The position numbers and the translations under genes were made by a program. A DNA stretch of 64,000 nt from assembly GCA_003344405.1 (NCBI GenBank), contig NOWV01000001.1, forward strand, positions 124,001 through 188,000, given 5' to 3'. This stretch comes from Trichoplax sp. H2 (Eukaryota). Each line of letters begins with the position of its first letter. Position 1 is the first letter of the stretch. The notes beneath the pieces were generated by a model. The model was not told the origin of the DNA, did no database searches, and worked only from the letters and a program-made list of their open reading frames with translations. Below, piece by piece: positions 22,713-36,700 of the stretch.

Positions 22713-25700
22713 TTAGACCTGAGTGGCTACCGATTGGCTAGATACCATCGAGAACCTTGAGCCCACCAAGTGTTGCCTTGATGAGTATGACTAATTCAAT
22801 ATCAAAGGAAGATTTATTAATTCTCAAATGTATAGTATAATAGGAGTCTTGCGATAGGTAACAGTAGCAGAAACTTTCATTTATTTATTTCATACTTACA
22901 AAGTTGCCATTGGATATCGCAAGAGAAACAGGTCGACTGTTATTTACTGGTCGCTGCATTAAGAAATTATAAAAATTTATAAGGCCACTGCAACACTAGA
23001 TTTGCTTTACTATACGTATGCAATGTAAAGATAATATGGAATGATATCGTTAGTATACTCACTTTTGAGATATCTTCTGTGGTTTCATTGATCATTGCCC
23101 TATTCGTCATCGATTGGATATCGAATTCGTCAAAAGTTTTTTTACTAAAATTTAAAATACAAGAAAATAGTCAATGCAAGTAATCGATAACAAAGCAATA
23201 AGCTAAAAAAGAATCGGGGTATATTACATGATCATAAAGGGTCTTACTTTTTTCCATGTCTTCGTCTAACAATATACCCTATTATAATAATAATAATCAA
23301 GAATCCAATCGCACAACCAGCTGCAACTCCAATTGTCATGGCTTCGCCAGTAGATGCAGATGTAATAACTGTACAGTTATCTCCACCATACCCGACCGAG
23401 CAACTATTAAATAAAAATTAAGCAACTATAAGTAGATGTAAACTCAGAAAGTCTAATAATTTTAAGCTAAGCAAAGGCTTAAACAATCTTACCTGCAATA
23501 TGGTACACCGTTAGTTGAATTTATTAAACAGGAACCATAACCACAATCGATCGATTTACAATTATAACTTTGAGCTAAATGAAATATATCATATTTGCAA
23601 ATACGTTAATTTTTATTGTAATAAATACGGAAAAAAATGAAAAAACGAAATCAATTTGTTTTATCATTTAACAATCAATGTTAATCTTACTTGGAAGTAA
23701 TACACATCCAGTCCCATCAGAATCTAATTGCCAACCATCTTTGCAAAGACAAGTACGTTTGTAATCACCGGTTTTAACGCAAATTTGACTGCAACCACCT
23801 TTATTCAGGTGACAGGCATCATAATCTATACAGATTACGCATGAGCTCAGTTAACTATCTAGCAATCATTACAACATCTTTTGATTGTCATTCGTGTACA
23901 ATACTTACGTCTTGGTTGCCTTTGCAATTGGAATGTTGTAATCCCCATAGGTGCATATAAGTCAGACAATAGCACACTTCTGTTTGCTCCGGTAAGTTTA
24001 TTCGCTGTTTCGACAGTCTTACTTTCCCAATCAGTCCAATAAACGGAATTTTCGAATACAGTAATGGAAAATGGATGTGGTATACCCTTAGAGAGAATAA
24101 CTCTTCTGCCTGAACCATCTAAGTTAGCACTTTCGATATGATGATGTTTACCATCTACCCAGTACATTTTACGTTGAGGGTAATCAATGGTAAGACCATT
24201 AGGCCATTCAACGTTCGTACTAACTAAGATTTGACGCTGCGTACCATCTAGTTTCGCTCGTTCAATTTTAGCGCTTGAGCCCCAATCCGTAAAATAAATG
24301 TAACTATAAAAAATTAATACAATATTATAAATTTATTATGGTGTTAATCTGCACAGAAGATGTTAAAAAAAAATCAATTCTCATCATTTAATTTTAAGAT
24401 ATCGTTGTTTACCCATCGACTGGATCGACCGCCAAGCCTCTTGGATCAGCTATGTTACTAATAATGGTTTTCACATATCGACCATCTAAATCACTCATTT
24501 TAATTGCATCCAATCCAGTATCAGTCCAGTAGATAGTATCATGTATCCAATCAACAGCGACACACTCAGGTGATAAAACACCATCGCTAATTATATACTT
24601 ATTTTTACCAGCTACAGTACCATTGCTATGAAGAGTTACTCGACCAATTTTTTCCGAAACAATATCCGTCCAAAACAGTAATCGCTTTCTTACGTGGACA
24701 TCAATACCAATAGCTCCTTTTAAACCCTTCATCACGTCATTATATCTTGATCCTTTGATAGTGAATCTATGAATATCTCGACGATTTGCAAAAAATAGCA
24801 CTGGTTCTGGACCTAATGCTTTGCAGGATTTAAAGTCAGCATCTAATCTATAGCCGTCTGCACAAGTGCATTTATAACTTCCTTTTGTATTCTCGCACAT
24901 CTGACTACAAGGATTGGAAATATTACATTCGTTAATATCAAGGCACGTTCTGCCATCAGTATCCAAGGTATAACCAGGGTTACATGCACAGTAATAACCA
25001 ACTTTGGTATTCACACAATTTTGCGAGCAATGTCCGTTGTATTCACTACATTCGTTAATATCTAAAAAGTAGTATCCAAAATTAGAGTTCAATTTCATCT
25101 CGCAAAATTCATAGTAGATACATAATATAATTTTTTACTCATCATTAAGATCAAGCAATATAAGTTTAGTACTTACTACAAGTTGCCGGTTCATCGGATT
25201 TATCTTCACAATCGAATTTTCCATTACATACTAATTTCATTGAAATGCAAGATTTATTCGTATGGCATGTAAATTGACTAGAATTACATGTCAAGTTTGG
25301 CGGAGTTGGAGTAGTACAATTTTGCTCATCTCGAGAGTTAGCACAATCACTTATACCATCACACACATTGTGCGCATCTATACAAATGTGCGCACTACAA
25401 CGAAATTGGCCAGATTTACAAGTCGTCTTATTGCAACCTAATTCATCGGAGCCATCTGTACAATCGGTTGATCCATCGCACCTCCATTCGGACTTGATAC
25501 ACTCCCAGTTCTTACATTGAAATTCACCGGCTCTACAAGTATGCTTCGGGCGACTAGTCGAACAATTTTTTTCATCGCTTCCGTCGGTACAATCACGTTC
25601 ACCATCGCACAGCCATGATTTTTTGATGCAATCACCAGAAGAGCATTGAAACAACTCGGGACCGCATGTCTTATTTGCTATATAATGAAGTAATTTTATA

Positions 25701-28700
25701 ACACTCAGTAAGTTATAAAAGTATTCTTCATTAACATGAATTTAATTTAACTAAAAACTTACGACAATTCCATTCATCAGAATTATCACCGCAATCGTTA
25801 TCGTTATCACATCGCCATGCGCTGTTAATACAATGTGAATTATTACAGGTAAATTGTTGAGGAGAGCAAGTTGCGACCTTGGCTATAAATTTAAGAAAGT
25901 ACATACATTAAATTCGAATAAGAATATTTTTAATTTCACTTTAAGCCTACAAGTTATAGATAATAAACGGGTTATGACATTGTTATTAGCGCTGTGCTGT
26001 CAAATTATATAAGATTTATTAGATTACATTTAAAAAGGCGTTTTACAATAGATACTTACTGCAATTGCGTTCATCAGCTGAGTTACCACAATCATCTACT
26101 TGATCGCATACATAGTCACGTTTAATACAAACTCCATTACCGCAAGAAAATTCATCAGGAGTGCAAGTTTTGGTTACTACAAGTTAAAAATGTTGTAAAC
26201 TTTAAATTCCTACTTTGTAATAAGTAGTTCTATCAAAATAATTCTATAAGCCATAATCTCTATAACTTATTCATAAATTATTATAGCATTTATAATAGTA
26301 ATCAACATATTTTTTTTAACTTACGACAATGAGAGCCTTCATCGGAGCCGTCAATACAATCATTTTGGCCATCGCATACCCATGAGGTAGTTATGCATTT
26401 TCCATCATTACATGTAAATTCATTGTTTGGATGACAGGTAACTTGAGCTAAAATTATAATTATACGCGTATAAGCTTAGTAACATAATATTGCATATACC
26501 TCAATGCAAAATTTTAAATATTTAATTAATTAATAATCAAAAACGTAAATGTTACGATCATTGTCATTGACGCGTCTAGGATAAGTAAACGCTTGCAATA
26601 CAACGGTTTCAATAAAGTATGAAAGAAATCTAAATTTTTCACACGATATGGTATTCGTGAACAGTAAACATCAAATCGTGATAACTACTATACCAATTAT
26701 AATTATTGACGTTGTTGCACCTCAAAAAGATTTTTTTTACTATATGGAACACCCGAGACACTATTCATATATGCTAAACAACGATTATGTAGACGTCCTT
26801 TCAACTTTTAAACGTTTAAAATTCTCCAAAAATTTGCGTTTTAACTCAGGTAAAATTATGCCATCTATTTTTGTATTATCGTATAGAAATATTCGGTGTT
26901 ACCTCCGACAAAATTATTCGTAGAACCAATGTAATCAGCAAATCTGGGTCAGTTGTGCAAGTAAAATATCAGAAATAACATCTTGTAGTAATTCATTGGA
27001 ACAAGTAAATGCAGAAGTCGATATCTTCCTTTTCTCATCGTTAATTGTTATGCTTGCTAACTGGTGAGATAAATTGCTTCACCAATTCCAACAATTTTAT
27101 TGTATTAGCAGATGTGAAAATCTTTCAATGCAAACATAATTTGAGAATTTTATCATCCTAATTCTCACGTTGTACACTATTAAGGTCTGTCCTCAACACC
27201 TATTGTTCCAGATAAAGGGATCCTGGATTACTTCTGCAAGTTAATTCTAATTATGCTGTGAAATTAACCTCAAATTCCCACAACAGCATGTAAAAAATAC
27301 ACGCATAGAATAATTTTCTCTAGTTCTCATGTTGAAATTCTTCTTTCCTAAATTTTTAAGTCTTTGCATTTCCGCATGTCTAAATGCGATTATCCAATAA
27401 ATCTCATCCATCTCCAAATTCTCATCCTACTGTACTATATGCATCTACAGTTAATCAAAAAAGTTCCCTAGTATGAAGTACTGTACAGAATGGTAACTAT
27501 CTATCAATGCTAAGTGTACTTTTTATCTCACCTTTATCTAATTGTAGGCCTATACAGTACATCAAAAGTTGCCAATCAAAGTCAACTAGTTGGTTAATTA
27601 AGACAACAACCGGAACCGTCTAGAGTCATACCGTCTCAGTACAGTACTGCAAATCGATTAATATTTTTATAAAATCACCTACTGTACATTATTAGGCTCT
27701 AGAAAGTGATTGGTTCCTGAATGTCAGGCCATTCACTATCCAATACAATAATATCGTATTAATGGTAATCAAAGCTAAACTTATGCAACGTGATCAAGGC
27801 TAAAATGCGATGGATACTTACTTATCTGTATACGGTACAGTACTCTAATTAATCTGATAATGGTTAATGGGAATGTAAGAAAATTTCAAAGGAGAAAGTA
27901 AATTTATAAAAATTGGCAGAGGTAACAATTATAGTTCCTTTTAAAGATTAGTATAGCCCCATTCCCATCACCCTTGAATAACGATCGCGACGTTAACATT
28001 ACAGTACAATATGATGACAACTGTGTCTCGTCTCCAGTGGTGTCTCTTTTTATCACAGTAGTCTATGTCATCACGTTATAATTTACAACAACCACGGATA
28101 TTGATCTATTGTGAAAATATCTGAATGGAGTCCTCTATTTTTACCTGTTCTCTGCTTGGCTGGTTGATGTCTTAAGCATGAACAAATTTTGAAATGATAA
28201 CAAAAGCATCATAAAGTAGACATGGACTCTTAGTGAAGAATCATTTCAGTAGTCAACATACGTTTCTACAATACCAGGCATTCTTTTCAAATTGAAAAAA
28301 CAAACAAAGCTTCATTGCATTGTTGTTCAATGTTCTCATGGTGTGCCTTTGCAACGTATACAGAATTAAGGAAGAGAAACTAGGAGCGTCCATTTGTTTT
28401 ATTTGTAAACTTTCCCCATGAACGTTTGTATGAACGTAAAGTATGAACTGCGATGTTAACGGTCTTAAACGGCCCATTTAATATTATTATTATTTATTAT
28501 TGAGTGAAGATATTCAACCAATCAATCTTACTTTTGTATTGATGATAAACGCTATTTAAAATTAGTGTCCATCCGATATTTACTGTTAGTATCACTGACT
28601 GTACTATATTACATGGAGAATTTGCATCACTTTCGAACATTTTTAAACTTTTGAAATTGAAGTTCCGTATGAAACGAATGTCAATTACTACTATATTGTC

Positions 28701-31700
28701 ACTTTTATAAATCTATTCTGTACTGTGCGCTTGACATCCTGAAAATTTCTATCATTGTCTTATACTATCTAACTGTAAATAATTGGCAATGTACAGTAGT
28801 TCAAAGAAACGACTAAAAATATTCTTTTTTAAAGACAACAACCGTTTTCAAGTGCTTCACTCACCACGACTACATTCTTAACACGAAAGCAAATACAATT
28901 GAAATTTCTACAATTATCATCCAGCTATCTTTACCCCCAGACAAATACTATCCAAATGGAAATTATTTACTGTCAATAAATTCCCGTATTCATCATTTTG
29001 AAAAAACCTTAATACAGTATCAAGCAACATTGGAACAATACAATATTTACTTTTAAAAAGCGCCAAGCAATGGGAAAATTGATTGTGACTACTGAACTGC
29101 ATATACAGAGGGAAAATGAGCGACTACTGGAAATGGGGCCAGGATGTAAACGCTTACTACAAGAGTGCTTTTACCAGTGATCGCATGATGTTCAAAGTGT
29201 TTGCAAAGAAGCAACATGACTACTTCCACGCGACTTCAACTAATATACATACAATGTTTAGGGACGTAGCACGTTGTATAACCTGATTTCAAGTTAGAAT
29301 TGTTCGAAAACAGTGCTCCACTGTGTCAAGTTTTACTTTCTAAGGTATAGGTGATCTGTTATTTTTTTTTTACAGTAGCTATTCTTCTGGTCTGTCATAA
29401 ACTAGAATGACAATCAATAGAAAATAACCATAGCGGTCCCATTCTCTAGAAATGGATTGCCAGTCCAATTTCAACATGAGTGAAATTTCTATACTAGACT
29501 CTTAGTGGACGCGTGATGCAGCCAGTAGAATTCACTGCTGATAGAGTGAAAAAGTTCACTTTGAAGGGTTGTAAAAAATATCGATTCAAAAAATAGCTAA
29601 ATTCAGTATGGCGGCATTAATCAGTACATCTGATGTATAAGACTATTGGATAGCTTTCTACTATCGGTCCTATCGATCCTTCACTTGTACAGTATTTTTT
29701 CTTCCTTGATATCAAAACATACAACAACCGCCAAAAATATCGATCAAAGAAACTTTAATTAATGGCCGTTAACTTCATGAAATGATTAGGCTCCTCCCGG
29801 CCTGGAGATCATTTTCTATTCATAGACTGATTTTATACAAATTAGTATGTAAAATGACTTTGCAATACGTATGGTAGTAAACGTACGGGACTAGTAGTAA
29901 GACAACGTTGTAGTAAAGACACGCGGTCAATGGACTACGTGAGTCAGAAGGTGGTAATGTGGTGTACCCATACAGCAATCTTACTGTAATAATAATAATA
30001 TCGGTATCAAGCATGTGATGTGTACATAGGAATTGTGAAACTACAATATTCCACAACAGTGGCATACGCTGCCGCTGCCGCCGTCGGCGTTTGATGTTTC
30101 CAAGAATGTAAATTTGAAATACTGAAAGCATTCCAAAAAGGCAGATGGACACTCTCAGTATGGTACAGTGATGGAGGTAGAAATACGTCCAGAATAATGA
30201 ATAAAAATAATCAATAAAATCAAATAAATGCCCAATTGAAAGCACTGATAGCATTCCGAATTCATATTTCTACCCCCATCATCTTCAATGTCAATGATTC
30301 ATTAAAAGCAAAAGTAAAATTGGTTGAATTATATACAGTAGTACGACCAATAGTAAATACTTGTTAGCTGCAAGAAAATAGCAGCTACCAGTAGCAATCA
30401 ATATTATCATAACTTCTTTTTAAAAATTCAGCTTTCTTACCACAATTTGTTTCATCTGAATTATCCTTGCAATCGTCTGTACCGTCACAGCGCCAGTCGA
30501 TTGGAATACATCTTCCATTTCCACAAGCAAATTGCTTGGCCAAATTGCAAAATTGAGCTATAAACGATTAAAAATAATTTTTAACATCAGTTGGTTATTA
30601 AACTTCCAACTACAATTCACCAAATTCAATTTTTTAAATCTTCCAGTCACATGGTTTACAATCATAAACAAACATAGATGTATTGCTCTACCAAAAAGCT
30701 CCAACTAAATTAAGACGATCACTCCAAATTAAAATGTTCAACCACATGATCAATTACAATCAACGTGACTTAAGTATTTATTCATTTACATTCTTATTAG
30801 ACTATCATTATAGTAGTATGCGTTAAAAATAAGTTGTAAGTTTTACGCGTGCTACATCATACCACTAAATCTTCAATGCACCCTTCAAGAATAGGAATTA
30901 TCTCTAAACTGGACTATATTTAACGACATAAACAAATCTAACTCATCCATGGAGTGAAAGCCAGCTACTAACTACAGTAACTGCTTTCAACTCTGAAAAG
31001 CGAAATCTTATTCATTTGATTACGACTTGAGCTCGCTTAAGCTAGAAAAGATCAGATCACACTTAAAAAATGGAATGACAGAATCCAATGATCAATATCA
31101 GCTAGGCATAGGTCCTAAGAGTAATTTGTGTTAGCATAGCATATCGCGAATCCAGGTGTCAAAGTACCATGCAGTTTACAGTGTTTGTTACGCTGTATAT
31201 ACAATTGAAATGGATCAAAAGTCAGAATTGAATTTCAACTTCAATAAATGAATTTCATGACACCGTTGAAAAATTGATATATCTTAGTCAATTTAATTGC
31301 CAAGAATCTCCTACAATATGAACTACCAACGGATAGAAAACAGTTCTTAACAATAGCTTGGTATTCAATCCCAATACACAGTCATATGTGATCGGAATAA
31401 GAGTGGAAGAACTGCTCAAGCCGAAGCTGATGTGAAAGTTGTTATGAATGATGAGTGAAAAGTGGAATAGGGGATAGAACACATCATTTTAGACTCTCTC
31501 CTTCATTTGCCAGGCAATATTATTGTGTTTTCTTTTCCTTATGTATAGCTTTCAAATGCTGACATCTGATGGAAAATGTTACATTATACACAAACTTTAT
31601 AGTCTATTTTTTAGCCTTTACAAAGGCCATTTTTTTCAATCATGTCCGTGATATAATCGTATAAGCAATGTGTATGAAAGCACGCAATGGAGACGTTGTA

Positions 31701-31852
31701 TACAAACGAGAAAATGAAGAATTTTGCAAATTTCATTGAAATGCTGGCATAAAATCAAGAAACTTACGAGATTGAGTAGCCGCTTGAATAGTCGATGGAT
31801 AAAAGTAGCAGCATAATATGAAGCACAGGCAAGAAATAACTCGATTAGCCAT
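22713..31852 (-). CDS. LDL-receptor family type I membrane protein (LRP4-like sequence, VLDLR-like architecture), 14 exons, ~897 aa
   Basis: Exons 31768-31852 (signal peptide [24 protein letters not shown]), 30441-30557, 26325-26447, 26060-26176, 25763-25882, 25177-25677, 24413-25061, 23909-24303, 23691-23825, 23493-23574, 23248-23403, 23063-23144, 22900-22953, 22713-22790 sum to 2694 nt in frame. Domains: 8 LDLa repeats, 2 Ca-EGF, one YWTD propeller, 2 EGF, TM, and a cytoplasmic tail ending ATQV. Confidence 0.95.
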
Positions 31853-33623
31853 GTTGAAAGGTCGAAAATTTTTCCAAGTGAGAAAGTGAAAAAAAAAGCT
31901 TGCTTATATTGGATCCAAGAACGCGTAGCGATATCAACAAAGAAAAATTTGTACGCGTCTGTAGAATTGAATTCTAAATATGGCTTGGTACCAGGGGAGG
32001 AAAAAAATGTCAATAGTAAGAGGACGCAAGATGTGGCGAGACTGGATGGAATTTCAGTTGAATAGTTAAGACAAAAATGGAATAAGTGGAAATTTTTGCA
32101 TCACTTTGAGGACCAAATTGACTAATGGCGGACTTGAAAGTCGGAGACGCCAATACAATATTTACTAACAGTAAATCCAAATCGCAGTGAGCTTCAACTT
32201 GAATTTGAATACGTTGTGTTTTTAATTTCAACGGTCTACAGTACTGTCACAATTATGCTGATTGATCTCAATGAATTGCTGAATAGTATCATCATATCAA
32301 ATTTGCTAGACGTTATATAGAGAGAGGAGACAGAAACCCTTGGCAACCCTAATGCTTTTAGAAATAGAAATTGAATGACAATACAAAAAGAATGTCAGAT
32401 ATTCATCATCGAGTAACTGGTCATCTATTCATAGCCCATCGCATTGTTGAGCTTGTGTCATACGACTCTTTGAGAGCAACGCCCCTTCATCTATTAAGTT
32501 AATTTACTACTCGTATTATAGAAACGCGCCACTTCCAAAATACAGTAGTAAGAATCGGTCTCTTTCAGCAATCATTCATTGTGTCAACGTCATTATGAAT
32601 ATTATATTATTATTATTGTTATTATTATGATGATTCTTCACAGTAAGTTGGTTGTATTTAGAAAGACATACAGGAACAGTAAGGTGCGGTTGAAATAGAC
32701 GACGAGATTTCTGGAAATTTTTGTTGATTTTTTACAGTGCACGGTATTCTACCGTGTACATCAACTGAAAGGACTGTACGACTCGGACTGTAGATCATCA
32801 CCTGATTTGACCATTATCGCGTCTATGACGTTGAATGATACAAACTTGATCTGCCAATTGGATTATTATCTTTCTCAATGCCGTAAAATAGCTCCATTTT
32901 CTCATTCTATCAATCTATCGATGGCATGATGATAATATTAGAATGACATACGAAGAATGCATGACCACTTTGTCAACTTATCCAAAGTGATGCCACCTAT
33001 CAACGATCAAAGCAAAATGGACAGACTGTACTTTACTGTTGATCATGATCAACATGACTAGTATAGGAATAAGCCAACCTAATTTTCACTTCATTTCATC
33101 TATTTTGATCACTACTTGATCCTATCGAGCACGACTGAAAGTCCCTTGCCAATACAGGACATCGTGTTAAACAAGTATGTAGCATTGCCAACGTCTTCTA
33201 CTATCGACAAATAACATTGATGGTAAAGTAATACTACTACACTTGCGCTAAAGAATGATCGTAATCATGCTGTAAATTGTACAAATCATACCAAAATTAG
33301 GGGTTACGGTTCGGGAAGGCACCAAGTCATGATGAACGATGACGCATTTAGCTTTACCGTAACTGACAAGATTACAGTTGTCATATGTTACATCCTCGCA
33401 TTTTGATAAACTACTGTAACAAGCAGTTAAAAACATTACAGACTATGATTTTATACAGAGACTGTATGTAATATCATGAGCAGAAAGTCAACAACATTTG
33501 TAAATCATTGGAGCAGCAAGCACTCTTTACTACAAGAAATGCACACGTGTAAACATTTACAATCAAGCATCCATCGTTTATACTGCCTGGCCTTCCAGAT
33601 GTGCTAGTGTAAACAACTCGTGG

Positions 33624-33716
33624 TTGTACTGTACTGTACAAGAAAGCAACGCCGGTTGTTCGCATACCGTACAGTGTACAGTACAACATACTGTACACTG
33701 TGTACAGTACAGTATG
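33624..33716. repeat. Second dense TACAG/CTGTA cluster
   Basis: TGTACTGTACTGTACA...GCATACCGTACAGTGTACAGTACAACATACTGTACACTGTGTACAGTACAGTA; 33662-33682 is the exact reverse complement of 4092-4112. Confidence 0.8.
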
Positions 33717-36700
33717 CCTGGAAGAAGCATTCCAATCAAACAATAGCCAGATGAATGGACTACCAACTTAGAGTAACGTTTTATCAAGTTGGGAAAGCGC
33801 CATATGAGATTCAAATATTAATCCTTTAATGCAATTACTTTAATTACCGATAATTCTATCTAATAATAATGAAACTTGTACGATTTATCGTAAATTTTAA
33901 AATCTTATAATGTACTACTAAATGATAATTCTGCACTATATAATATAATTGAATTTATTACTTAACGGCATGACGTTATGAACGTAAGGATTACTGGTAA
34001 GCTAAATTCGATGATTCATGACTCATAACTTTAACATTTAGTATCACTTGCTGTACAATACTGCAAGATTTCAATGTAACCATTCATTTTCAGTCAGCCA
34101 GCCTCTCTTATAAAATAACCCTTTAAACTGTCAAAAAAGTGTAATTAAAGATAATTACGCTTATACAAGGTTTGACCTCAACCTAGTCTACTACTATTAT
34201 ATTGCTACTGTCGTATTCTACACCAATATATGCGTACACACAATTTGCGACATAAAGAGCTCTCTCTATCCACGATCAGAATGCAATGATTTCTAATACA
34301 AAATGATAACGATGCCTATATACTGTACATATCAATCAATATTCTCTCATAAGCCGAGAAAGGCAGTGCTTAATGTCATTACGCAAGATATGCTGTAGAA
34401 AGCCTGAAAGGTTCAAGTTCAGTCCTACGGTAGTAAACCTACTACAAAATTAAATTGAATTAATGACGTGTTTAATTAATTAATAACATAGGCAGTAAAA
34501 GTGGGCTGTGCAAATTGCATATTTCGTATTTCATACTAACTATTAGTAATAATTGGCTCTCAGCGTGTTTCCAAATCACGCCAGAACTATAGTATAGTAC
34601 CTGAATTACGCTTCTAGCGCCCTGCCATCAACTGTCTGCATCATAGTAGGCCATAATACTGTACATTAATTTAATGTACAATACAGGATAGTATCAAATC
34701 ATTAAATGCTGAGCCTTCAATTCTGTGGAATTTTAATACTATGTATTGCCGATGCACGTGTACAGTACCGTAGCTTTTGAACCTACGAACATATGAACAA
34801 TGAAGGGTGCTAATAATATCGTGGATCATTTATTGCATATTAATATGAAAAATCATTTGCTAAGCATCAACTAGATATAGTTTGTGCAAAATGAACGCGT
34901 TAAATATATTATCCACTGTTGTAACATTAGCTTTAAGACAACTTATATAGAGAGTCTTCCCCAGCAGATCCCTACCTGAAAACCGGGACAATCAATAGAC
35001 AATTTTGATGTATGCGTGTGCAGGCTGCTTTAGTTTATTTCTCTATTCCTGCAATACCTTAAAATATATATATACACGCACGCTCTTTTCTTGTATTCAA
35101 TGTATCGACTCTATTCAATAGCGATGCTAGTAGATACCGTATGACAACTAAATTATTGCTTGCTGTACTTCATATCTACTTGTACCTGTATCCTGATGAA
35201 CTATGCTTAGCCATCGCATACATTGAAAAAATAACAGAAGTAATAGCTAACTCAATAAGTATTATTACATCAGGCCTATACTTATAATCAGACGCATCTC
35301 ACAATTCAACAACGTAAAACATTACAAAACCGTGATATGTAAATAACCTTCGGTCTTCTAAGCAATAGATAGCCATTTATTCTTAGTATCGTAAGATAGA
35401 AGTAAGTAGTCATTTTTTATAAGATTTTTTTTAATTTCCCGCTTTTACTAGAATTTCAAAGCTGTAACGTATGTACACGTAACAGTAGTTTATAGTGTTA
35501 TATTTAATTATAGCTTAACTGTCGCACAATTATATTAATAAATGACGTACCTATTAATGATTATAATTTAATTATTAGCCAGCTAGCTTATAGCTAGACC
35601 AATTTTTGGAATAGGATCTATGATACGCAAAGAACCTATTAAATGATTCCGCTTTCTTTAATTGCATTGAGATTGGAGTTAGATTGATTATTTTTTATTA
35701 TTTAATACATGATTAGCAGATACCATTCCTTTATACTATACTAATGGGTACAGAGTTTACCTAATTCCATATGCTAATAGCTATCCAGTTTTACTATCCT
35801 CTATCAATTTTACTATCGTATAGTAAAGGCATAAATAGAATATCAGCTATAAAGTGTAAAATTAGCCAATTAAGTCTTGCGTAAATTACGGTATGGCTAT
35901 CATCAGCATACGTACCCGCACCAATAGAACACTACTCGTATTTTGACGAGCTATTAAATTATTTATCATAAACAATAAAATAAAGTACTCGTAGATGTAT
36001 CTTTGGATACGCTCAATTCAATATTGATATGACATTACACAGAATATATTGTTATAATAGTCATAAAGGATTTGTAGCTCAAATATATCTCTATATAAAG
36101 TATTGCAAGTTATCATTTCATTGGTATAAAGATTTAATAACATGAAGATCATCCGCTAGATACATTATCATAACAGACTAGAAATGGAATGAATTCATTT
36201 TTAATCTCGCGCGTCACACTCTAATACACAATGTTATGCACAACATTAATGTTCTCGAGTGGCAATTTATATATGATACCTGTATATAGGTTAGTTCTAG
36301 AGGATCCTAGCCATCACTTACGAGAATAATCAAGATAGCACTAATAAACATGCTTTAGTACACTTTCAGTTTTAGCAGTTAGTAAATGACACTCATCTTA
36401 TTAGATATCTTTCTATTGCGTATAGCAATACTTTATTATGTAATCAATAAAAATTCGATTGTTAGTTTATTTTTATTTACGTATAGTCTCTACTATTATA
36501 AGCTAATTTGCACTAGTTTTAACAAAAGGTACTTACTAGACGTACATTAATAAGTCAAAACCATAAAAATATTTAATAATTATCATTAGCATAGTACAAT
36601 CGAATGAATGTGTCCGATGCAATATACTGATAGTTTTACTGTCACAGCTAGTTGCAGAGATAGGATTTATTGTTTATTGTTGTTGTCATTTTGCCTGTGC

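Noticed and set aside
31636-32231. ORFs of 125 and 73 aa on the minus strand at the LRP 5' end
   Set aside because: They overlap the real signal-peptide exon in another frame or lie in the probable 5'UTR, and they show no recognisable motifs.
33474-33814. Overlapping ORFs rich in Tyr/Cys/Thr/Val
   Set aside because: By-product of the stop-poor TACAG/CTGTA low-complexity cluster; the same applies to 4078-4296.
34660-34680. Perfect palindrome TGTACATTAA-T-TTAATGTACA and other short AT-rich palindromes or duplications (e.g. 51180-51202, 53472/53600)
   Set aside because: Expected at some frequency in AT-rich DNA, with no supporting context.
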